A program made the translations under genes and the position numbers. Below the pieces are notes generated by a model. The model made no database searches. It was given only the letters and a program-made list of their open reading frames with translations, and was not told the origin of the DNA. From the NCBI GenBank assembly GCA_030770535.1, contig JASVEC010000012.1, forward strand, positions 1,178,001 through 1,242,000: a DNA stretch of 64,000 nucleotides. The letters run 5' to 3'. Below, one piece after another: positions 22,247 to 34,707 of the stretch. The number at the start of each line of letters is the position of its first letter. Positions within the stretch are counted from its first letter, which is position 1. This DNA comes from Batkoa obscura (Eukaryota).

Positions 22247-23341
22247 TCATTCTGTAATCCTCCTATTGGCCACTTGGGAAGGAAATGTAATATCTACGAC
22301 TCTAAAAGGATCTGGTGCATTCCATTCACAATACGAAATACTGCCTTTTTTCTTTTTAGAATCTAAATCATTATAATATGGTTTTTCCACTCCAATTCTA
22401 GCTTCATAAACTTTACGATGACTACGAATAGTACAAATAATTACAGTAACTATAATAGCTATAGTTATAATAAGACTTAATATTATACTCAGTATTAAAA
22501 TCAATTGATCATTTTTAGATGAAGGTGGAGAGGGCGTAATGGTTGGTATTGATATTGTAGTTATTTGTTTTTCATTAGTTATTAAATTTAAACTAGTTTT
22601 AATATTTAAATTTAATGTAGTTAAATTTTCATGTTTATTGAAATAACATAAACTTTCTTTAGGTTGATAATTGGACAATGTTAAGTTTAATGTGGTAGCT
22701 TCAAAGGTATTAATATTCCATAATGTAAAATTGGAATTATTAGTATATGTTAATAAATTATCCGAATCTAATATTAATAATTGTTGATCAATATTATTAT
22801 TTATAATCAATTTATCGTTTTTTTGTTTCATTATAGAATACCCTAAATGACTATCTAAACTCACCCCATCTATTACATTGATTTGTAAACTCTTTAAATC
22901 TAATTGTATTAAACTAGAATTCGATTTTAACATACCATATATTGACATTTGTTCTTTATCATTAAATTTAGTATCTAATAGCCAATTGATCTCATTGTCC
23001 AAAGTTTTAATATTAATATTATCTCCTTGTAATCTCAATATTAAATTATTAGTTAATAATAATTTATTTTGATCATTAATTACTTTAACTTTCCATAAAG
23101 AATCTTCAATAGATAATTGAGATAAAGAATATGTATTTAATTTATTTATTATATCTGAGTCCGTTTCAATTTTATATTCATTAATCACTTGTTCTCCTTT
23201 ATTATAGGAATATAAATAATTGTCACCTTCTACTGGATTATTACAACCTAATATTATCTCTTTATTACGATCATTATGATTGATTGATAATTGTAATGTT
23301 GGTAATATATATATAGATAATGCTAATAATCTAAATAACAT
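22247..23341 (-). CDS. Single-pass type I membrane protein, possibly with a degenerate beta-propeller ectodomain
   Basis: 364-aa ORF with signal peptide, S/T/P stalk, TM helix LILILSIILSLIITIAIIVTVIIC, short cytoplasmic tail. Confidence 0.8.
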   Translation of the reverse strand: MLFRLLALSIYILPTLQLSINHNDRNKEIILGCNNPVEGDNYLYSYNKGEQVINEYKIETDSDIINKLNTYSLSQLSIEDSLWKVKVINDQNKLLLTNNLILRLQGDNINIKTLDNEINWLLDTKFNDKEQMSIYGMLKSNSSLIQLDLKSLQINVIDGVSLDSHLGYSIMKQKNDKLIINNNIDQQLLILDSDNLLTYTNNSNFTLWNINTFEATTLNLTLSNYQPKESLCYFNKHENLTTLNLNIKTSLNLITNEKQITTISIPTITPSPPSSKNDQLILILSIILSLIITIAIIVTVIICTIRSHRKVYEARIGVEKPYYNDLDSKKKKGSISYCEWNAPDPFRVVDITFPSQVANRRITE

Positions 23342-24436
23342 CTTAAATAATAATTTACAATAAGAATGATAAAATCTAAAAGCTAAATAAATTTTATTTC
23401 TATTGTACTTGAATCTATTTTTATATATAAATATTCTAACTACCCTTCATTCTGTAAAGGGGTAGTTACTAGTGGGGTAAGAAGAAATTTAATTTCATCC
23501 TGGAGTTAAAAATGGGGTAAAATGAATTTTAAATTTTTTTATTCTTTATCTATTTTAATAAAGTATTAAGAAATAATAAGATTTAATAAATATATAATTT
23601 ATTTGATTTATTTAATTTTTAATAAGGTTTTAATTTATTTTAATAATTTTATTTTTTATTATTATTTATTTGATTTGATTTGATTTTATGTTTTAATAAT
23701 TTTCTACCTTCGGTTTTCCAACTTAGCATTAAAATAATTTTCATTCAAAAATATCTAAATTTGGTTTGAAAATACCCAAAAACAAAAAGGAGTGAGAATA
23801 ACTTTTCTTAAATTTCATTCAACCCACCTTAAATCCCTATCATTAAAATAAGTAACTACAGCCATTACAACTTGTTTGTGATAGAATTAGCTACTCATTT
23901 AAGAAAATATTGACGCTAAAATTTGATTAAAATAAGGACTAGTTTTAATAAATCAGATCTATAAATAATTTAATTATAAAAATTATTACGAAAAATATCT
24001 TAAAAGAGTTGTAACAGTGTATTCTTATTTAACTCTCCTAATTAAAAAAAGGTATGAATTATCCCTGTTTTTTTTATTTAGTTTTAAGATATTATTTGAT
24101 ACTATTAATCGTAGAACAATTATGTTTTAACCCCTTCTATAGTTTTATTATTGTTAGGTTTATTAAAGTTTTTGATTTTATTCAAAGGAATTATTTAATA
24201 AGAATTCGAATTCAATATAATACTTTAGAAGGCAAAGTAGAATTAAACTACAGGTTAGATAATAAGTGAGTTTCAATAATTCAAAGAATAGATGTCAAAT
24301 AATTTAATAAACTATCGATAATTACTTTATCTTCTTTTTAGAAGAACATTTTATAGTCTATGAAAGATTGAAGTCAAAACCCTATCAGTTATGAGTAGAT
24401 AATGATTTGGAGCATTTAAGCATATAAGAGAGTTAA

Positions 24437-24539
24437 TATGAGGATGTTTTTTGGTTTCATTATTTTTTCTATCTTTTAAGCACTATTTAAGTGGAAAAAT
24501 TGTTAGTAAAATTCTTAAACATAAAAATACATCCCCATA
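24437..24539 (-). mobile_element. MITE family A, copy 6
   Basis: TATGAGGATGTTTTTTGGTTTCATTA...AATACATCCCCATA. Confidence 0.8.
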
Positions 24540-25329
24540 TATTTTTTTAACAGTATTTTTAGCTATTTTATTAAATCCATTGTCAAGTTATCCGTTGGAT
24601 AAGCTTATGTTTAGTTTAAGAAATAAAATGTCATTTTAGTTTCAATAATTGTTGTAAATTTTTATACTTACTATATTGAATTGAATCAAAATGATAAGCT
24701 TTCATTTTAAAGTTCCTATTTTTATTTGAATTGTTGAACATTTTTCAGTTATGTTTATTATATTAAAAAATAAATAGGTTAACTATAGAATTACCAACTT
24801 TTTTTATTGAGATTATAGAATCGGATTGGAAATAAAAAGATTAATATCAAAAGAGTTATTAATCAATTAGTATTCCTTTTTCTTAATAATTCTGGGAAAG
24901 TTGAGTAGTAAAAGGGAGAAGTTCTTTAAGAAATTTAATAAAAATGATATGATTTATAATAATGCCAATTTAAAATCAAACTTTTTCTATATTTTAGTTT
25001 TTTCATTAAAATATTCTTTTGCTTAGATTGGAATTACCAGATCACTTTAAAACTTTAAATTTATACATTTACCTTTGTACAAAATTTCTAATACTGTTTT
25101 GTTTCAATTCTACAAAATTACACTTTGCTATTCATTTCTCATATTTAGTTTTCATTCTGCTAAAGTTGAAGATCAGGTCAATTTTAAAATGTTATAGAAA
25201 ATAAAAATTCAATGAGACGTCAAGTATAAGACATTGAACCTATTTACGTGATAAATATTAAAATGGTTTTAACAAATGTAACAAAGTTAAAATATGCAAA
25301 AAATAAAGATAATTATAAACAATTAAATT

Positions 25330-25700
25330 AATTCAATAATTATTTATTAATACAATATAGAATATGGGGCTTAAATATTTAACAACCTAAAAAAGAAAAT
25401 ATAAGTAACTATAATCGAAACGTTTTTCATTATTAAATTTAAAGGATCAGACATCCAAGGAAGGTAATTGAAGTCCGTCATTAGGATACTTTTTATACGA
25501 TAAAAGAGAACTCAACTAAAGTTTCAGGAACACTCTTATTTCTAAGAAGCTCGACTTGCCCTCTAGGAATTTTTCTTAAATCAAAAAGTAAAAATTTTCC
25601 TTACGGTGGAAACTGCGAAGTTTGAAACGAATCAATCATCATTTCGATATTGGAGTTATAAGTAAAAGAAATAACACTTACCATTTAGTTTAAGTTAATG
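25330..25700 (-). ncRNA. Putative non-coding snoRNA host gene (one 295-nt intron)
   Basis: TATAAATA at 25731-25724, donor ATG|GTAAGT at 25681, acceptor TTTTCTTTTTTAG at 25387; spliced product encodes only 18 codons. Confidence 0.65.
25443..25647 (-). ncRNA. U14: U14 (snR128) box C/D snoRNA, intron-encoded
   Basis: C box ATGATGA (25642-25636), domain A TTCGCAGTTTCCAC, domain B ACCTTCCTTGGATGT followed by D box CTGA (25450-25447); both antisense elements complement conserved 18S rRNA segments. Confidence 0.93.
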
Positions 25701-26642
25701 ACACCCAAGTAGTTTTTATTACATATTTATAAGTAATTTATTAATCATCAGACGGTTAGTATCTATAAAAAAGTACGTTAATAAATGAACTTAAAACAAT
25801 TAAAATGTATTTTATAACAATTAATCAGTAGGTCAACTGGCTAAAGTTACATCCCTCTCAGCAAAGAGGGAGCTTGATTATCAACATGATCGATATGATA
25901 AATATTGAAGACAAATGGTTTTTTCATCACTTTGATAAAATTAAATTGGAATTGGAAAAATTACTTACTTTTAATCAAATAAGGGAGATAACGAAGACAT
26001 TGAATTAACTCTTACAAAACACAATAAGGTGCTTTTGTAAATGTTAAAACTGTAAAGTTAAATTAAAAAATTTGGACTTCTTTTATACTTTTTAGTAAGA
26101 TTAAGTTTATTTAAATTACCCCTGTAAGCCAAACAAAAAGCTTTTAATTGGTGGAAAAATTTTTGCTTAATAAAAGGTTTGGATTATTGAAGTTGAAAGT
26201 TAAAATTTAATTGGTTAGTAATTGACTTTAGAGAATTGATAAAGCGTCAATGGGATTTTATTTAAGAATAAATAATAGATTGAAAAAATTTGAAATGAAT
26301 TGAAGCTTCAAGAAATTTATTAAATCAAAATTTTTAAGAATTTGAATATCAAGACATAATGAATTCCATTTTTTATTAATCATAATCTGAAAATTTAATG
26401 GCTCTATCAAAAGGAACATTAAAAAATCAAATTCACCAAATTTAGTAACTTCAAGTTCTTATACACTTAAATAAACAATAATAATAGGATGTATCAATTA
26501 ATTCAATTAATTAATAATAGATACCATAAAATATCTTAATATAAATAAATAGGACAATTAATCACTTATTTAAAAATAACTTTTAATTATTATTTTCTCA
26601 AATACTTCCATATCACTCCTCACATCGTCAACCTAACATAAT

Positions 26643-28000
26643 ATGAGTTATAAATTGAGTTTATTATTCCTCTTTCTTAGTTACTTTTCATCAATAGTAA
26701 GTCAATTAGCTAATGAATTTAGTTTTGGTAGTTGTAATTTAATTAAAGATCAAATTTATTATTTTGGTGGAAAACAACAAAGTATAAAAGAGAATTCAAC
26801 AATAGAAGATAATGATACAATTATTAAATTAATGTTAAAAAATCATATGAATATTAATCAACCTAAAAGTATTCAAATTGAACAAAAGAAAGAGCAACTC
26901 AAATTAGGTAGTAAAATAAAGAGTCAATTAGTTGAAGATAAAATATATTTATTTGGTGGAGAAAATGTAAAATTTGAAGAATGTTTTAAAGTATATGATA
27001 TTAAGAAGGATAAATTAGAAACGATTCAACCTTTTGATAAAAAAGAATTATTTTCAGATATTCAATTAAAAAAAGATACATGTATTACTTCATTTATAAT
27101 GGAAACTAATAAAGAAAATATTATATTAATTGGTGGTAAATATAAAGATAATAAAAATAAAGAATATTTAATAAATAAAATAATTAATTATAATATTAAA
27201 TTAAAAAAATGGAGTTTATTTAAAACTAATTTTACAACAACAGAAGCAACATCAATTTTATATAAAGATCGAATTTATTTATTAGGTAATAAAGGATTAG
27301 ATAATGAATTAATGTTTGGGTTAGATAAATTAATTAGTTATAATTTAAAAGATAATAAAATTAATATAGAACAAATTAAAGTTGATATAAAAGAAATAGA
27401 TTTTATACCAGTTAATTCTATTTTAATTAAAGATCAATGTATATTATTTAATAATAATAAATATTCTTCATCAATAATTATATATGATTTTAAAAAGAAG
27501 AATTATATAATAAAACAAATATTAGGTTATAATTATAATAATAATAGTTGTTTAATTCAATATAAACAATATATTATTGATTTATTTGGTAATTTAAATC
27601 GAGATAATCCATTAAATTTACAATTTATAAATATTAATCAATATCAATTTAATAATCAATTAATATTAGAAGATAATTTAATTTCAATAAAAGATAATAA
27701 TACATTAATTAAACGTAATTTTACAATTGAAGATGTTAAAATAACTCGATATGATATAGCAGATTCTTCATTAGAACCTGGTTTAATTATGACAATTTCT
27801 TTTGTTTCTATTTTTGTAAGTTTATTAATTGTCTTTATTGTAACAGTATTATTATCAAATCCGGTAGATAAATTTAATTTTGGTTATAATCAATCTTTAA
27901 ATTTTAGTAAAGATAATTTATCAAATAATAATATTAATATAATTAAAAATGAAGAAAATAGTCAAGATATGAATGATTATTTAAATTGGTTAAATCAACC

Positions 28001-28084
<84 letters not shown>

Positions 28085-28121
28085 ATTAAATATTCCTTTA
28101 AATACTTTAAATAAAAAATAA
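26643..28121 (+). CDS. Kelch-repeat-like single-pass membrane protein with poly-Asn tail
   Basis: Signal peptide; YYFGG, IYLFGG, ILIGG, IYLLG, DLFG motifs; TM helix near the C-terminus. Confidence 0.82.
28002..28082. repeat. (AAT)n microsatellite encoding poly-Asn
   Basis: About 27 perfect AAT units within the CDS. Confidence 0.95.
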
Positions 28122-28335
28122 ACTAATTAAATAAAATATCAACTATTTTATATATATATTATATATTCTATTCTTTTTTTATTTTTATTTATTTTTATTT
28201 TTATTTTTAATAATTTTATTTAGTAAATAATACGAATTTAATGACTAATTTTAATTCACTAAAAAAATGACTACATCATTTTAATAAACCCGAAAGTTGA
28301 TTCTTTTTTTCATTCCTTTTCAAAAAGAAAATAAA

Positions 28336-29499
28336 ATGTTATTAAAACGTCTACAATCTCATTCAACACTAGTAAAACATAAGTTTCAACTGAAATCTTA
28401 CTTTCGATTCATCCATAATATTCCACTTTCTAATCATATTAATCAATTTAAATCTATACTTCCATCAACACAAATAATTTATAATGATAAAGAAAGATTA
28501 TCTACTTATAATTTAGATTGGATGGGTAAATATATTGGAAATTCTTCCTTAGTGTTATTACCTAAAACTACTCAACAAGTATCTGAAATATTAAAATATT
28601 GTTATGAAAATAAGTAAGTTATTATGATAAATTAATAAAATAAATAATTAATATTAATCATGATTTTTATAGTTTACCAGTAGTACCGCAAGGAGGTAAT
28701 ACTGGTTTAGTTGGTAAATTTTAATTTATTTGATTTTTATTTAATATCTATTAACTTTCTTACTTATTTATCTCCCTTTCACAGGAGGCAGTGTTCCTAT
28801 TGGAGAAGAAATCATCTTATCTTTAAGTAAAATGGATAAGATTTTAGATATTGATACAGTAAGTGGTAATATAACATGTGAAGCTGGATGTATATTAGAA
28901 ACTTTAAATACAACTTTGAATAAAAATGGATTAATGATGCCATTAGATTTAGGTGCTAAAGGAAGGTAAGTTTTAAAAATAAAAGCTAGATTTTCTAATT
29001 TATTATCATTTAAATGAATTAATTTATTTTTTAAAATGTTGTTTATTCTGATTGATATTATAATATATTAATGAATGTATTATTTATTTTAGTTGTCAAA
29101 TTGGTGGTAATTTATCCACTAATGCAGGTGGATTAAGATATCTTCGATATGGTTCCTTACATGGTAATATATTAGGTTTAGAAGTGGTAAATAATTATTA
29201 ATTAATATCAACTTATTAATTATTATTCTATAATTTCTTAAATTAAATTAAATCAATATAGGTGTTAGCTAATGGTACTATATTAAATAATTTGTCTACA
29301 TTAAGAAAAGATAATACAGGTAAATAAAATAGTATATAATAATAATAATAATAATTAATATTATATTTATTTTACAATTAAAACTATATAGGTTATGATC
29401 TTAAGCAATTATTTATTGGTTCAGAAGGTACCCTTGGTGTTATAACAAAAGCTTGTTTAATTACTCCACCATTACCAAAGGTAATATTAAATCAATAAT

Positions 29500-29530
<31 letters not shown>

Positions 29531-30538
29531 TATAAAATATAACAAAATTACATTATAGGCCATCAATGTAGCATTATTAGGGATTCATGATTTTTCAAAA
29601 GTAATGGAATGTTATAAATTAACTCGAAGTTATTTAGGAGAAATATTATCAGGTAAATATTATTATCTATATTTTATTATTTATTAAATTATTGTTTTAT
29701 TTTTATATATTAATTATTTAATGTTTTGATTATTTAGCATTTGAATTTTTTGATCAAGATAGTTTAAATTTAGTTAAAAAAAATTTTAATTTACCCTCTC
29801 CACTAACAGATGATTTCCCATATTATATTTTAATTGAAACTCATGGCTCAAATAAAGAACATGATGATGAGGTAAATATTATATTAATTTGTATATTAAA
29901 ATTATAATATTTATATTTATTATTTATTTTAGAAATTAAATAAATTATTAGAAGTATTAATGGAAAAAGAAATAGCATTAGATGGTACATTAGCACAAGA
30001 TTATCAACAGGTAATTTTAATTTAAAACAATCATATAGAATTAATAGTTAATATAATTAAGATGAGCAAATTATGGAAATATCGAGAAGATATCTCTGAA
30101 TCCGTTGTTAAACATGGCCAACCTTATAAATATGATTTCTCTGTACCTTTACCTTATTTCTATGAAATTGTGTTAAAAGTAAGAGAATATCTCAAATCCA
30201 AAGGATATTATTTAGGTTATAATCATCCAGAATCCCCAGTAAATGCGGTAGTTGGATTTGGACATATCGGTGATTCGAATTTACATTTAAATATTACTGT
30301 GGATAGAAAGTATTTGAAAGAAAATGAAAATTTAGACTTTAAAAAAGTATTAGAACCTTTTGTATTTGAATTAGTAAATAAACATAAAGGTTCAATTTCT
30401 GCTGAACATGGTATGGGTCAACAAAAAAATAAATTCATGAATTATTCTAAAAGTGAACAGAATATTGAAATAATGAAATCGATTAAAAAGTTGTTAGATC
30501 CGAAAAATATATTAAATCCAAATAAAGTATTACCTTGA
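28336..30538 (+). CDS. DLD2: Mitochondrial D-2-hydroxyglutarate/D-lactate dehydrogenase (FAD-linked oxidase), ~10 exons
   Basis: [91 protein letters not shown]; basic N-terminal targeting peptide. Confidence 0.93.
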
Positions 30539-30615
30539 GATTTAAGTGTTTTTTGTTAAAAATGAAATAAACAAATTAAATTAAAGAACAAAATAAATCA
30601 ATATGATTTTTATTT

Positions 30616-31820
30616 TTATAAATTTTCCCAAAATTTCAATATCCCTTTAGAATACATTTGAAATAATGGGATACTATCATGTGTGGCATTTTTAATTTTA
30701 ATAAATGCTAGTTTTCTATCTTTTAATTTAAAATATTCTCCAACTGCTTCTTCTTTTTCAAATTTCCATTCTACTTTTTTAATATCTTTACTCTCACTAA
30801 TTAACACTTCATCTTTCAATTGAATTCCATGTTTTACTGGAATTAAATCATCTTTTTCTCCATGAAGAATTAATGTAGGTGATTTAATAGACTTAATAAT
30901 CTTTTTCGTATCAAAAGGATGATTAATTAAAGGATTCACTTTCTTTTTTAACCATGGGCTAAACATAACTGGATACAATAAAGGCACTACTCGAAATAAT
31001 TTATATTCATACATAGCATCTGGGATAGAAGTATATGGAGCGGATAATACCAAAGATTTTGGTAATATACCCTTATCATTTAAATATTTAGTTAACTTAC
31101 TAGCTACTCCAGTACCTAATGAATGACCCATAATAGTGATTTGGGATTGTTTGACTCCTTTTTTAATAAGAAATTTCCATAACGATAAACTATCTGTAAA
31201 AAGACCTAATTCACTTGGTTTTCCTTCCGAATCGCCAAATCCACGATAGTCAAGGACAAGCACTTGAGTATGAAGGTTCAATGAGAGATCAATGTAACTT
31301 GGATAACGTACTGAGGAGGCGCGGTTACCAGCATTACCATGGAGGAAGAGGATGATGGGTAAATTTTCATCGAGTAAGCTAGTTTCAAAGAACTTTTGTT
31401 GATTGATATCTTCATCATTAATAGTATTATTTAATTTTGATAATAAATTAGTTTTAATTGATTTTGGTATGAAATGGTAAACACCTTAATATTATCAAAA
31501 AAATAAAATTAACAAATAAATAAAATAAACTAATTTGTTTTTAAATTTACCTAATTTATAACCTTCACTTTGAATATAAAAATTAAAAACTTCTAAATCT
31601 TTATGAATGGTGAAATTTGTTGGGTCCGATAACAATGATTTGGCCGGAAAATTTAACCAGTTGAGGTAGACTAGACCACCTTGGAAAGGTTCAAAGATTA
31701 AGATAACTAATAAACCCTAAGAAACAGAATTCTAAAATTTAATTATTATAAACAAGGAGTGATATTTACGACATAAAGTAATAATGCTATTAAAATATGT
31801 TTTAAGGTATTGAGAAACAT
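30616..31820 (-). CDS. ABHD12-like membrane-anchored alpha/beta hydrolase, 3 exons
   Basis: N-terminal TM segment, LVYLNWLNFP, LFLHGNAGNRA, DYRGFGDSEGKPSE, nucleophile motif GHSLG, LILHGEKD. Confidence 0.9.
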
Positions 31821-32369
31821 AATCGAGAGATAAATTAATTAGATTCTAGTTTATATTTTTAATCCTTTTTTAAAGTGAGGTAAATTTCATCATCTAGAAT
31901 TTAATTTGTTCCATTTTTTGAAAAATTTAAAGCTTGATACTGGATGATACAACTACTGCAGCTCCTTTATGGCCCATTTAGCAGCTCATTTAAAAAAATT
32001 AACGTTAAAATTTGCCAAAATACAATACAATGAATAGGAATGAAAAATAGTTATCCGAATAATTGAATTCTAAAAATTACTACTAAAAAGTCGCCATAGA
32101 GTTGGAACAGCTATAGTTAAAATAAATTTATTACAAAAAAAAAATTCCTTTTATAAAATCCACTTTGTTTTCAATACCATTTTTGAATATTAAAATAAAC
32201 AAATAAAATAGTAACAAGAATTTAGCATCCATAATATGAAACCTTTGCTGATTTTATAACTTGCATTTTATTAAACCTTTACTTCACTTCCAAAAAAAAC
32301 TATACAACAACCTCTTTATAAAAGTATTATAAACTCATCTATCTCCAATTCCAAAAACTCAATGTAAAA

Positions 32370-32429
32370 AAAAAGTCCTCCGAAGAGGGTGTCCACTCAA
32401 GATTTACGTGTCATCCTTGTGCAGGGGCC

Positions 32430-32460
<31 letters not shown>

Positions 32461-32491
32461 GTCAAGTGTCCCTAAGGTTGCCCCTAGGGAC
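32370..32491 (-). ncRNA. U6: U6 spliceosomal snRNA, copy 2
   Basis: Reverse complement identical to copy 1 by eye. Confidence 0.98.
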
Positions 32492-33217
32492 AAATACTAT
32501 GTTTTTACTTTTTTTTAGGGACGAAAGTTTTGCTTAAACTTAATAATTGTGGGTTTAAATAAGTATTTATATAGCTAAAAGACAGGAGCAATTGGTGAAT
32601 CACAAGATTTAAGGGTTTGATTGGTTGAGAGCTTTAGGGGCTATTTATTGTATCGGCGCTTTTAGGTGTCATCCGGTTTATTTAACTAGTAAATCAAAAG
32701 GCTACTTGTTCAGCAAAATTATTTAGTCAAATTTATTGGATGAATGTAAAATGGATCATGGTAGTTAAATAATCGGTGATGATGTTTAAGTTTACATAGG
32801 AATTCAATACTTGAATATAAAAGAATGTAAAACGATACGATTGTTAAAATATAACATAATAACTTTATTTTTGTTTCGGTTTTTAATATTCATTTTTTGA
32901 TAAAGTTAGTATTAAAATCGATAAATAAGCGTCTTTTTATATTATTGTAATATAGCATTTAAATACGGGCTAAATTAATAAATTTAGACTACAACTACTT
33001 ATTAAAAATAAATTAATAGCTTTATAATTGTAGCTAATATTAAGACGTAATTTGTTATTTGAGTTATAATCTAAATTGCTTTATTTAAATGTTTTATTTT
33101 TTAGTAATAAGTATGAAGTAAAATATGGGAGAAAGGATATTAAACCAGGAGGTTAAAAGTTATCTTTAAGATATAGACTCCAATTCAGTTGAGCTATCTT
33201 TAAGCTAAGAAAGACTA

Positions 33218-33321
33218 TATGGGAGTGTTTTTTTTGGTTTCATTATTTTTTCCATTTTTTAAGCGCTATTTGAGCGGAAAGATTGTTAGTAAAATTCTTA
33301 AACACAAAATACATCCCCATA
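33218..33321 (-). mobile_element. MITE family A, copy 7
   Basis: TATGGGAGTGTTTTTTTTGGTTTC...AAATACATCCCCATA. Confidence 0.82.
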
Positions 33322-33540
33322 TATAACTTTAAATTCTATATTTGATAATTTCATCTATGTATAGCATTTAAGTTAGAAAGTAGAAGAAAAAGTAGTCTCA
33401 CTATTAGACAAAAGCTTATTAAAGCCCCTTCAAAAAGTAAAAAAGCCTAAAGTAGAAGGTTAAGTTTGAAATTGGGCTAATTGTATTGCAAATTCATAGA
33501 AAATAGTTAGAGGTGTAAAACGTCATCTTCATTTCTACTA

Positions 33541-33643
33541 TATGGGGATGCGTTTTTTGTTTAAGAATCTTACTAACAATCTTTCCACTCAAATAGCGCT
33601 TAAAAAATGGAAAAAGTAATAAAACCAAAAAAAAATCCCCATA
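33541..33643 (+). mobile_element. MITE family A, copy 8
   Basis: TATGGGGATGCGTTTTTTGTTTAAGAATC...AAAAAAATCCCCATA; inverted relative to copy 7. Confidence 0.82.
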
Positions 33644-34110
33644 TAAACACTTGTATTGTTTAATAAAAATTACCTAAATGAAAGCTTCTTTAAAATAAGG
33701 TGAGATGATGTTATAAAAAGGTGTTTCTTTAACTTGAAACATTTTAAACATCGATTAAGCTTATCAAAACACCTTTATTGAGGAATTTTATGTTAAAGTT
33801 TCAAGATTTTGGCAAATTTTATTAAAATTGCCCCAAGATGGGTTTAGCATTAATAGATAAATAAGCATTATGAGCTATTACGCTATATTGAGATAGTCAA
33901 TCAAGGTTAACACGTAATAATTAAAATCTTTCTTTTCAATAAACCATTTTAATATTATTATAAACTGGTAAATATTTTCATGATCTAATTTTTGGTTAAC
34001 TATTTTATTAAAGCTAGTGTAAATATGACATAAAGCTTAGAATTTAAAATAAGGAAAAAACTATATAAACACAAGAAATAAATGTGAAATAAATGTAAAA
34101 ATAAAAAAAA

Positions 34111-34707
34111 ATGGAATCTACTCACACTAAAGCTAGTCTTGATACTAAAACTGAATTCAAAGAGCAATTGGATGGATTCTATGAGCTTATAGATAAACAA
34201 AAATGCGTCATGCTTACCACCAAAAACCCAGATGGTAGTTTAATTTCTCGTCCAATGCATATTTCTTCTAGAGTAAATGGTGTTGACTTTTACTTATTTG
34301 CTAACAAAGGATCCCAGAAGGTTGAAGATATTCAGAACTATCCAGAGGTAAACTTAAGTTTCTATAGAGACAGCGATTATTCTTGGGTAAGTGTATCTGG
34401 TAAAGCATCCTTAGTCACGGATGAGGGTAAGATTAAGGAATTATACAATCCAATGGTTAAAGCTTGGTTTGAGGACCTTGAAGATGGGATCCATACTGGT
34501 GGCCCAGAAGACCCACGTGTTATCTTATTACAAATTGAAACTAAAGATATTATCTACCAGGTTCAAAAAAATGCTATCAGTCGTACAGGTCAAATATTAA
34601 AAGGAATGGTCACTGGCGATAAAGCTGATATGGGCTCAATCCGACTTATTGGTGGTGAACAGCTCGAAGCTGCTCGTAAGCTTGAAACTTCCCGCCAACA
34701 TGCCTAA
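34111..34707 (+). CDS. BLI-3 / general stress protein 26-like FMN-binding split-barrel protein
   Basis: CVMLTT, LISRPMH, VNLSFY, WVSVSGKA, VKAWFEDLEDGIHTGGPEDPRV; intronless. Confidence 0.88.
   Translation: MESTHTKASLDTKTEFKEQLDGFYELIDKQKCVMLTTKNPDGSLISRPMHISSRVNGVDFYLFANKGSQKVEDIQNYPEVNLSFYRDSDYSWVSVSGKASLVTDEGKIKELYNPMVKAWFEDLEDGIHTGGPEDPRVILLQIETKDIIYQVQKNAISRTGQILKGMVTGDKADMGSIRLIGGEQLEAARKLETSRQHA

Noticed and set aside
23436..23475. Hairpin TAACTACCCTT/AAGGGGTAGTTA followed by CTAG as a Helitron 3' end
   Set aside because: Spacing to CTAG is atypical; no matching 5' end or second copy seen
33717..33778. 10-bp inverted repeat AAAGGTGTTT/AAACACCTTT
   Set aside because: Short arms, single copy in the window; insufficient for a MITE call
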